IMG/VR virus record: IMGVR_UViG_3300020440_000056
Span: 1 to 30,320 of that record
From: a virus
Lineage: Duplodnaviria > Caudoviricetes
Reading direction: 5' to 3' (one strand)
DNA length: 30,320 bases
In this document: positions 18,101 to 26,300 of the stretch, in pieces
How the letters are laid out: each line of letters opens with the position of its first letter
Position numbering within the stretch: position 1 is the first letter of the stretch
Notes under the pieces: generated by a model
What the model was told of the DNA's origin: nothing
What the model saw: the letters and a program-made list of their open reading frames with translations, nothing else
The model's database searches: none
Program-made: the position numbers and the translations under genes

Positions 18101-19853
18101 ATTTTATATCATCACCACTAAATGTAACAGGTGCAACAGTAGTTACAATAGTTTCTTTAGCGGCTGTGATTGCTGTCTGTGCAGCTGTCATAGAAGCTGT
18201 ACCCCAAGATGTATCTGGGACTGTCCTCGTAACTGGTAAACTTAGAAGTATATCACCTTCATTAATAACATCTCTAATAATAGTTGCAAAAGCCACAGCT
18301 GCATCTGCTTCGGCTTGATCTGCTGTACCATTACCTGTGCTTTGTGTTTCACTGTTACCAGTTGTTTTAGTAATAGTAATATTCTTTACGATATCATCAA
18401 TTATATCAACTAAGCGACCGTAGGCTGCTACTGTTTGTGTAATGTAATCTGAGGTCTGATCACTTTTGCTAAAACCATCGTAGAAGAAAAACTTAGCCGC
18501 ATCATAAGTAGCACTATTGCCGCCATATAACACATCATATGCTATAGCGTTTAGCACAAATAATACGTCTCTAGTACATTTGTTTACGTTATGGCTTGCA
18601 CTTGGATATGTATCAGCCACCCATGCATTTATTTCTGCAGCAATAAAATCTCTATTTGCAACTATTTGGTCCTTGACAGCATTTCTACTTGCGGAGCCGC
18701 CACTAGTTGGATTAGTATAAGTTACAGCTTTCAAGAAAGCAATTTGTTCTGCTTGTGTAGCACTAGCATAGTCTACTCTAGTACCCGCGTCAACAGCTAT
18801 AGCTCTTAGGTTGTTGTACCAGTTGTCTACTTCTGTATCGGCTGTGTTGTCTACACCGGCTAGTGCTTTTACTTGTATTTCAGAATTATCAATTGCTGTT
18901 GTGACACTAGTTGGTAATGGATATTCGTTTGAATTTGATTCTGCTAACCCTTGGAATGTTGATCCATAGTTTGTTTGTAAGGTAATATCTGTTCCAATAG
19001 CGTCTAAGAAGTAGCCTAAATCTCTTTGACATTTTACAGCCGTATTGCTGATAACACTTTTATCAATTAATTCAAATTTGTTTTCTGTCAAATATTTTGT
19101 TGCTGTAGGATATTGATTGTATGTACTTTCTGCTACACTCGGTGCCTTACCACCTAGTGCATGATCCTCTAGCTGTTGTCCTGCACTATTACCAAATTGC
19201 AAAGGGTTCTTTCTGATAATAGATTGTGTACGTCTTACAACAGCAAACTGATCGCCTTGTCCTGTGTCTCTTGTTTCCCAATAGTATCCGTCAAATTTAT
19301 CAAAGATACCATACTTTTTAACATCTGGGTTTCTTGTTGCAGTTCTTTGTCCTGCACCTACTACGTTGCCTGTAGCAAACGAACTCTTAATACCAAATGT
19401 AGCTGCTGAAACACGTCCTGGTTGATATCTAAAAAATCTTTTACTTGTTAATACTGCTGTTTCATCTGCTGGTGCTGTAACTTTTGCGCCTGATTCTTCA
19501 GGTAAGTGTAAGATACCCCATGCTTGCGCTCCGCCTATTCCTGTATATTGTGTTGCTGTGTTAGCAACCTCAGAATAATCTTCAGGGGTATTAGACCACT
19601 CACTAGGGTTAACATCATATGTGTTAACATCTGCAAATATTCCTAGTGCAACTTCTGATCTAGGTATACCTAGTAATGAAAGTGCAACTTCTGATTGTAT
19701 TTTATTTTGTTCAACTACCGGTATTGCAGTTTGATCTGTAGCAACTACAACAGGAATACTGTTTGCTGCAGGTTGTGCGCCAGGCGTAACTGGAGTAGTT
19801 CTACCTACGTTTATGACCGAAGCATTGTTGTTAATATTGTTTAAACTTGACAT
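15114..19853 (-). CDS. Large virion structural protein, 1579 aa, with four tandem KCxRD helical repeats
   Basis: Scaffold motifs FRYQPGRVSAATFG, KVTMLKVEFSWYGAVGA and KYGASYYIDGGD. KCxRD occurs at residues 274, 425, 584 and 744. TAATG-coupled to the upstream gene. Confidence 0.8.
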   Translation of the reverse strand: MSSLNNINNNASVINVGRTTPVTPGAQPAANSIPVVVATDQTAIPVVEQNKIQSEVALSLLGIPRSEVALGIFADVNTYDVNPSEWSNTPEDYSEVANTATQYTGIGGAQAWGILHLPEESGAKVTAPADETAVLTSKRFFRYQPGRVSAATFGIKSSFATGNVVGAGQRTATRNPDVKKYGIFDKFDGYYWETRDTGQGDQFAVVRRTQSIIRKNPLQFGNSAGQQLEDHALGGKAPSVAESTYNQYPTATKYLTENKFELIDKSVISNTAVKCQRDLGYFLDAIGTDITLQTNYGSTFQGLAESNSNEYPLPTSVTTAIDNSEIQVKALAGVDNTADTEVDNWYNNLRAIAVDAGTRVDYASATQAEQIAFLKAVTYTNPTSGGSASRNAVKDQIVANRDFIAAEINAWVADTYPSASHNVNKCTRDVLFVLNAIAYDVLYGGNSATYDAAKFFFYDGFSKSDQTSDYITQTVAAYGRLVDIIDDIVKNITITKTTGNSETQSTGNGTADQAEADAAVAFATIIRDVINEGDILLSLPVTRTVPDTSWGTASMTAAQTAITAAKETIVTTVAPVTFSGDDIKCKRDLEFALDAYINDLRWGGNGHIVANAATYDTGILADAEREGETHYFFRNKIRDTLAGINELAARTKVGDLAKYQIQAVTANGSGSYPAQEGPGGVTGAITDAQIAGATYGQRSKVETIFSVYSLYYGYLISQSLTYDTATHLPDGADPADFERVLKYKCIRDVKYIMNGYGSDLQFGGNAATAYNAFKYYSDGQLKVYSQTSGGVVAEVARHQYLKDLLTSNSLVDVTRTDAQVVQIKSMTTRFALSTAQRDKLLTLTDTIINNFTTEYTGAVDYGSAGQFGDLVILRDGLIMVHAGVYDPTLLKKRIKTPAQIDTTNNTFTLAEGSVIIGQYVNYYGDCPELTDGKTYWVSEVQGPKGNTITLMDPAVADFNQFDVNASNNTVITLTGAGTEHYIETPVPFIFPTEYAKSFGLAGVEERYDGMFPYMYTSSGTLPADPSDVTIGYIDTAIDTSTDAASLRTQIDNLNYKYKTWVRDHVDPTFYSVYEYRVGRTRFSGDSLDGTTRNSVYSDNVLDKKAGELFLGTGVSAQEQTSVWDLDFSKVTMLKVEFSWYGAVGALFLAYVPVDNGEARWVRVHHLRCSNQLKISSLGNATLPITYLVYGGGSESRFGVPNANRLQNPYGSYSESLVKYGASYYIDGGDRGTVRLFNHSSETPTDINGSKYKLGVNATNATDPVTPYFSVTNLDPDTTGTDAPAINTYYMNARVITGNSQDQNVKVIWIDGNDLYLNKPVSNVSTINLIVDRPALLYGLKTKDNITSGNGDDVRNRVQVYPTRLSVGSDGSTNAKMTLVKTPTFQTTVGTTGSFATTASVDVNQSYVLSTTSTDYLSQNGDFTYGYFRASLNGSETLISVLGRLEKANDNYYFYPTEIYNGSLVIASGATFLKEGVFDPNGNVLTSSETTFEKERLSSVEVALRAQTPIPGTGTELASYYVAPGAEEFDLATYFDYNKEYISFPLTDQLETLFLATFSNNTNSDTPLVSLSASLTWEEQ
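17562..19034 (-). repeat. Four protein-level tandem repeats (spacing 151, 159, 160 aa), core K-C-x-R-D-x4-[LM]-x5-D-x3-(GG)-N
   Basis: Cores at 19034-18972, 18581-18519, 18104-18042 and 17624-17562. The copies are diverged at DNA level. Confidence 0.85.
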
Positions 19854-22800
19854 TAGTTAATTTTCCCTTTGGCTACTACGAAATTGTTTTGTAGTGCTAC
19901 TTGTCCGCCATTACCGACTACAGTAATATCACCAAATGCATCTCCAAAATCAATACCAATAGTATTGCTTATCGTATTTATTGTTTTTATCGTTCCGTCT
20001 ACACCGCCTGTTGGAGGAGTAGTGCTGTGTCCAACTAATCTTACTACATCTTCTAAGTTTAGTCCGCTAGTGCTGTTTACTGTCACTTCGTAGTTACTGC
20101 CTGCTAGTTGATTACCGTCACCGCTTATTGTTTTTTGTGGCACATACTCTGTTGCTACAATTCTATAGACTAGTCCTTGTGAATTAGCATTTGCATTGAC
20201 TAACTGTGTATAACTAGCTCTGCTAAGAAGATCATTTACTCTTGATGCTACAATACGGAATGAAAAAGCACCGTTGGCGTCACCGCCGTTTGTAAATGCA
20301 ATGTAATCCTCGCCACCTAGCGTTTCTGAATAATCAGTACTTAGTTCTTCAACATTATTAGTTTTTGTAAGCTCGTTGATAAAACCTGTTAAGCGTCCTT
20401 GGTTGGCTGTAAAGTCAAAGAATGCACCGTTTTCTTGATAAACATACTGTGGACTGTTAAAGTCTATTCCTGATTCAATATTAATATTTACACTATCGTA
20501 TTCAGAATTTAGTACATCTGGATTAGCAATAAACTCACCTGCTGGTCCTAGCAGTACATTTGGTGTAAGCACAATTTTAGTAGCGCCATATGCAAATATG
20601 CCTTCGCCACAGTTATCAACTATGTTGGGCGACACAATACCTTTCTGCACAGCACTTACACGCACAGGACCAGGATAATCTCTAAATGTATTGTGTGCAA
20701 TTTTAACTGTTCTTGACTCGTCTGCAAATAATGGATACCAATCATAACTGTAACTTAAACCACCGCCTGTTATTTCATTGTTAAGTACAGTCAAATTATT
20801 TGTAACAGTAGGATCGTAAACATATATTCCGCCTCCAGTACAATTATCTAATTCAATATTTTCAAATAATAAATCATTACCATACAGGTATATAGCATAA
20901 TTTAAATGCTCTGTCGATGTATCACTTGTTAAATATTGATTCTGTGCATTTCCATCTATACGTAAATCTCTTATTGTAATATTATTATATGTTGCATAAC
21001 CAGACTTAGGTCTAATAATTGCGTTGCTTCCGGATGATTGCTCTGTTGACCAATATTGTTTTATAATTCTAGTTTGATCACCGCTACCTTTAAGTGTAAA
21101 ACCATCTGGGACTTCTATTCTTTTTATAAAGTATGTTCTGTTTTCTAGTGTAAAACTATTTTTGTTTTGTGCTTTGGCTGCATCAATTGCTGTTTGTACA
21201 GAAACTGTGTCATCGACTACTACTTCTAATGTTGTTTGGTTTGCATAGTATTGATTAGCTACTGTAATGACGTTTGTATCTGTGTTGATGCTGGTTATTT
21301 CTGTATCAAACCAGCCTAGTTTAGGACTACCTGGTGCTGTGAGCGGCACATGCACTAGTCCGCTATTTGTATCAAACAAACCTTGATTAGTTCTTTTGCT
21401 CCACGGAGTAACATCAAAGTCATAGTAGTCGGTGAATACAATATTACTTAGTGCAACTCCTAGTTCTTTTGGACCTAGTACACTGTGGAGTGTGTAGTCA
21501 ACTTCTGATCCAACTTTTCTATATATTAAGACATTGTGAGAACTTGAAACCCTACTTACTACTACTTGAATATTTTTATTATTATTAAAATCAGCTATTT
21601 CTGTTGGTTCGATAGTAACATCTGCAGCCGCTGTGACAGTACTGATTTTACCTGTGACTTGATCCATTTGTGCAACACGATAACTAAATGTAACTTCGTT
21701 ACCGCTGTTGTCTGGAGTTCCAAATCCTACTCTAGATGCTGTAACGCTTAGGTTAGAGGTATCTTGGTCAACATTATCTGCACTTGCACCAAACAATCTC
21801 AACTTCATTGATGTTTTAAAGAAATCTATATCCGCAGGTGCTACAGAAAATTGATTAGTTTGTGTTCCTGTTAGTGATGTTCCGTTAACCTTTACACTTG
21901 TGTTGAATTCTTCGTTTACACTGATTGCTCCACTTACAATAAGATTCCCTTTGATACTTACACCACCGTCTACACTAAGCGCACCTGTTTCAAAATCTAT
22001 TGCAGTTTGCGTACTTTTAATTTTTAGACCAACAGCTTGATTTAATTCTAACTTTGATTCTGTTAGAGTAGCACTTGTTTGACTGTTAGTAACAAAAGTG
22101 ATAGTATCATCACTTGCACCCGGTGTAGATTCTGCACTTACAAAAGTTAGTCCATCTACAGATCTAACTCCGCCCAATCCGTTCCAGTTGTTTCCGTCGT
22201 ATCCTTCAAATATTCCTAGTTGTGTGTTAAGACGCATAGCGCCAGCAACATTTGGAGTGCGTTGTGCTGTATCGCCTGCTGGTAAAACAACAGCGTTAGT
22301 ACCAATTATGCTGAGATAACCATTTCCTTTAGGATCAATACTTATATTACTGTTATCTGGAACAGTTCTAATTGTTGTGCCACTGAATTCTACATTTTCA
22401 ATACTGTTAAATCCTATAAAGCTAAAGTTGCCTGCTCCGTCAGTTTTTAAAATATCGCCCGCGTCACCATCTGTGATTCCTAAGTCAGTGAGTGTAACAG
22501 GAATACTTGGTTTATTCTGTACATCATCCCATTGTGGATTAGTTGTAGGTATATCTAAGTATTCAAAATCACCGCCAGCCGCTACTGTTAGGTATTGTCC
22601 TGCTGTAGGAACTTGACCATTGTCTTTTAATTTTACTGGAGTAATAAAGTCATCGTCAATTTGTGATAATCCAATCTGCCCTGTTAAACCTAAGAAGTTA
22701 ACAGCGCCTCCGCCTCCACCACCACCAGTCATATCAATAAACTGTAAATTACCAGATCCGTCTGTAGCAAGCACTTGTCCAATAGTACCGTCATCAAGAT

Positions 22801-23194
22801 CTAATTCGTTTATACCAATTGTATTTGCGTTTATTACAGCGGCACTTGCTGTCCCTGATAAGTCGCCACCTAATGTTGGGTTTTGTACCGGAATATTTTG
22901 GAAACTTATTGTACCTGAACCATTAGTAGTAAGGAATTGGCCATTTGTGCCGTCACCAATACCTAGTTGTAGTATTGAAGTTGGAATAGTAGGTCTGTTT
23001 TGTAGATCATTATAGTCATTACGGAATACAGTTCCATCTACAACTAGCTGAGATGCTGTGACTGTGCCTATTGCTGTAATATCTAAAGCATTAACAATGC
23101 TACTATTTGTAAGTAAAAGATTATCACCATCTGGTAATTCTCTAAACTGGTTACCTGCTGTTGTATCTACTACTAGTGGAAATCTATTGGCCAT
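19853..23194 (-). CDS. Tail fibre/tailspike with C-terminal right-handed beta-helix (pectate-lyase-like, candidate depolymerase), 1113 aa
   Basis: Fibre repeats DGTNGQFLTTNGSG, DGTIGQVLATDGSG and DGDAGDILKTDGAG, then LPAGDTAQR...GAMRLNT...FEGYDGNNW. These are followed by DDTVSVQTAIDAA...TYFI...TLKGSG...NITIRDLRIDGN, typical of pectate_lyase_3-type beta-helix starts. Confidence 0.8.
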   Translation of the reverse strand: MANRFPLVVDTTAGNQFRELPDGDNLLLTNSSIVNALDITAIGTVTASQLVVDGTVFRNDYNDLQNRPTIPTSILQLGIGDGTNGQFLTTNGSGTISFQNIPVQNPTLGGDLSGTASAAVINANTIGINELDLDDGTIGQVLATDGSGNLQFIDMTGGGGGGGAVNFLGLTGQIGLSQIDDDFITPVKLKDNGQVPTAGQYLTVAAGGDFEYLDIPTTNPQWDDVQNKPSIPVTLTDLGITDGDAGDILKTDGAGNFSFIGFNSIENVEFSGTTIRTVPDNSNISIDPKGNGYLSIIGTNAVVLPAGDTAQRTPNVAGAMRLNTQLGIFEGYDGNNWNGLGGVRSVDGLTFVSAESTPGASDDTITFVTNSQTSATLTESKLELNQAVGLKIKSTQTAIDFETGALSVDGGVSIKGNLIVSGAISVNEEFNTSVKVNGTSLTGTQTNQFSVAPADIDFFKTSMKLRLFGASADNVDQDTSNLSVTASRVGFGTPDNSGNEVTFSYRVAQMDQVTGKISTVTAAADVTIEPTEIADFNNNKNIQVVVSRVSSSHNVLIYRKVGSEVDYTLHSVLGPKELGVALSNIVFTDYYDFDVTPWSKRTNQGLFDTNSGLVHVPLTAPGSPKLGWFDTEITSINTDTNVITVANQYYANQTTLEVVVDDTVSVQTAIDAAKAQNKNSFTLENRTYFIKRIEVPDGFTLKGSGDQTRIIKQYWSTEQSSGSNAIIRPKSGYATYNNITIRDLRIDGNAQNQYLTSDTSTEHLNYAIYLYGNDLLFENIELDNCTGGGIYVYDPTVTNNLTVLNNEITGGGLSYSYDWYPLFADESRTVKIAHNTFRDYPGPVRVSAVQKGIVSPNIVDNCGEGIFAYGATKIVLTPNVLLGPAGEFIANPDVLNSEYDSVNINIESGIDFNSPQYVYQENGAFFDFTANQGRLTGFINELTKTNNVEELSTDYSETLGGEDYIAFTNGGDANGAFSFRIVASRVNDLLSRASYTQLVNANANSQGLVYRIVATEYVPQKTISGDGNQLAGSNYEVTVNSTSGLNLEDVVRLVGHSTTPPTGGVDGTIKTINTISNTIGIDFGDAFGDITVVGNGGQVALQNNFVVAKGKIN

Positions 23195-23215
23195 TATCTC
23201 TTATCCTATTTACTA

Positions 23216-23223
23216 TATTTATC
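23216..23223 (-). promoter_or_regulatory. Putative late promoter GATAAATA
   Basis: Lies 21 nt before the ATG at 23194 and overlaps the stop of the 51-aa ORF. AGGA SD at 23207-23204. Confidence 0.7.
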
Positions 23224-23374
23224 GCCTAATTTTTTTAAGTGCTTCACCGGCTGTATCCTTTGGATCTCCGTTAATTTTTACTTGTAACCTTGGACCACGA
23301 TTGGCGATAACTGTTAATCGTCTTCCATTTTCGTTGGTAACACTTTTACCTTTTGTGCTTTTACTTTCTGGCAT
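23219..23374 (-). CDS. Small basic protein, 51 aa (MPESKSTKGKSVTNENGRRLTVIANRGPRLQVKINGDPKDTAGEALKKIRR), absent from the ORF track
   Basis: ATG at 23374-23372 overlaps the TAA of the giant fibre gene (TAATG). The frame is open to TAA at 23221-23219 and fills the gap between two large genes. Confidence 0.7.
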   Translation of the reverse strand: MPESKSTKGKSVTNENGRRLTVIANRGPRLQVKINGDPKDTAGEALKKIRR

Positions 23375-26300
23375 TATACTCTTCCCACTACTACTTCAAC
23401 AATACCTTTAGCATCATCTTCTTTAGTACCAACAGCCTTACCAATAACAGTACCAACTCCTGGTGTGTTGTTAACAATAGCATAACCTGGTATCGCACTT
23501 GACACGAGCATATCGCCTCTTTGTACTTTACCAAGCACTTTAACAGGAACCCTTCCTTGTAGTGCAATGCATACTGCAATACCTGGACAGTCCTGATTCA
23601 TAACAAACGCTGGGTCAGCACTTACAACACCAGCAACTCTATGATCGCCTTTAACATCTGTGGTAGTAACTTCTGCGTCACCACCAAACACTAGTACAGT
23701 GCCTACTTCATATTCTGCATCTGCCGAATACATCTCAGCCAAGTCAGCGTAGGTTGATTGTAATTTAGAACCACTTGACAGACTCCAGTCACCTGTTATT
23801 GTTCCCGTTGTTGCCGCGGCTCCTGTTGTAAGTTCTCTTGTAAAGGTTTTGGCAAAAGTTCTTGTAGCGTCACCTAAGTCTCTAGTAGCATTATTAGGTA
23901 TAATATCTGTAGAAACATATCCGTTTACAGCGATATTATCTCCAGTGGCATCACCTAAATTAACAGCACCGTTAAGTGTTGTTGTGCTGGTAACAGTCAA
24001 TGTGCCTGAAACAGTTGCATTATCATCAATTGCTACTGTGCCGCCTGCACTATCAATAGTAAGGTTGCCTGTGGTAGTATCTATTTCGTTGTCGCTTGTA
24101 ATACCTATTTGTATATCACCCGCTGTTGATCCTGCTGATGTCAAGCTACTTGCAATGTCTATATTTTGGAAATAACCTGTTGCATATCTAAGATTTGCGT
24201 CACCAATATTTACAGTGTTACTATCTTCTGGCCAAATTGCAAGAACAGCTGCTCCTGCACCGGGCCCATCTACATCTAGCATACCAAAACTAGCAACTTT
24301 TTTCTGTACAGTGCCGTTGGTTGCTATTATAGCAACGTTACCTGCTTCTGCTTTACCGCTGTATGAACCTATTGCTATACCTGCTGAAGTATCACCCTTT
24401 TCATTTTGTGCTTCAATAAAGTTTGCATACATCCATTGTGCCGCCGCAAACGGTGTTACAGTTCCTGTTGTTCCATTTGCAACATCGTATGCTGTATCAG
24501 CAGCAGCATGTAGATTACTTCTATCAAATATATCAGGGTCAGTACCTACATCAGCACCATCTGGATCTTTAAGATCACCAACATTTAAGTTACCAAATAC
24601 AGTTGTATATGCTGGATTAGTTGCATCACCGCCTGATGCTTGTAAACTCTTGCCGCCCTGTATAGATTGTAGAGTAAGTATGCCTGCAGCACCTGCACCA
24701 ACCTGTGTTAACACCGTATTGTTGTTTAGAGCAAACCCTTGAGCATCAATTTCTCCACCAGTTGTAGTTTTTACAAATTTACTTGCTTCACCTGTTGTAG
24801 TTGACTCAACAACTACGTAAGTTTCAGCGCCTGCTGTAGCGGCTGTCCTTGTTAATACGCCGGTTGCTGGTGTAGCGTTGAAGTCTGAGTGTTGTATACC
24901 TTGACCTTGGTCAACAACATCACTAAATGTAACTTCTGCTACGTTAGCTTGTGAAGCTGTGCTGTTACCCAGTACAGTGTCTGATGCAATTTGTTCTAGT
25001 TTTGATTTAGGTATACCGTTGTCTTTAAGTTCAACGTGTCCTCTAGTAACTTTAAAGTTAGCACCATCAAATGCTGACAAACCTAACTTTGCTTGGTTAG
25101 TTGAATAGCTGTTGTCGTCTACTAGATCTTTAACAACAATATTGCTTTGTAACCTTTTTACAGTTCCTCCACCAGTAATAAGTGGATTGCTTGATGTTGC
25201 TGTAAATGTTGTACCTGCTGTACTTGCACTTGCCCCCAGTGTTGTAAAGTTTGTTGTGCCTTGCAAAACAATTTCATATGTAAAACCTTGTACAACTTCT
25301 TGTGCTGATATTGTAATTTGATCGTCAGCTGCTGTTACATATGTATCAGCCTCTTTCATGTTTAATTTACTTTGTACAATAGCGGCTGTTGAATTGACAT
25401 CATTGTTTACAATAACATTATCGTTGATCTGCATATCAAAGTATGCTGTGGGTCTATCTGGATAACTTACATTACTTGGATCATCATCATTTATCAAACG
25501 TCTTGTTGTGAAGCCAATGTCACTTACAGGTGTGCCTGCATTGAATGGCTCTTCTGCAATATTAATAATTTCTTGGAATGGTCCATTTATATATTTCGCA
25601 CTTCCATCTGTTGTTCCAGCACCGTCTGGTTTTGAATAAACATCTGGAGCAGCAGATTTTAATCCAGCAATAGTACTTCCACTACCTGTTAGATTATATT
25701 CTGCTAAACTTGCAATGTCTGGGCCTTTGCTAAAGTAAACTATAGTAACATCACCTAAACCATTATCGTAAAAATCGTATGAGCCTGTAATTGTACCAAA
25801 GTTATTAGTTGCACCACTGTTAGTAAGTATCTTACCTGGTACAAAGTTGTTTGGTGAACTTATGCTGTTAGAGTCTAAGTAAATGGAGTAAGTGCCTGTC
25901 AAACCCAACATTTGATTTGCATCACCAGTTTCAATTTCAACATCTCTTAGTGTCTTTGCTTTTTTAACACCTTCTGATCTACTGTCTACATAATCTTTGT
26001 TTACAGCAGTTGTTCCTGCTGTTAGTAGAAGATCAACTGGAGCAATACCAAGTATTGTATTTTGGTTAGCTTGTAAGTCGCCTGTAAGCGGAACACTACC
26101 ATTTTGTTGTAGAACACTTGGCCCCAATGGATTTGTTACAGCATTACCTTGTTGGTCGTAGCCTAAACGTCTATTGACATATCCTCTCACAGCACTTTCA
26201 ACCGGAACAGTATCATTAGCGTTATCACTCATAGCACTATCTGTACTAAATTCAGTAACAACTACACCACGCTTGAATCCAATACCGTCAACATCTGACA

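Noticed and set aside
22700-22730. CCx triplet run
   Set aside because: It encodes a Gly7 linker in the fibre with mixed codons, an ordinary flexible hinge rather than a contingency repeat.
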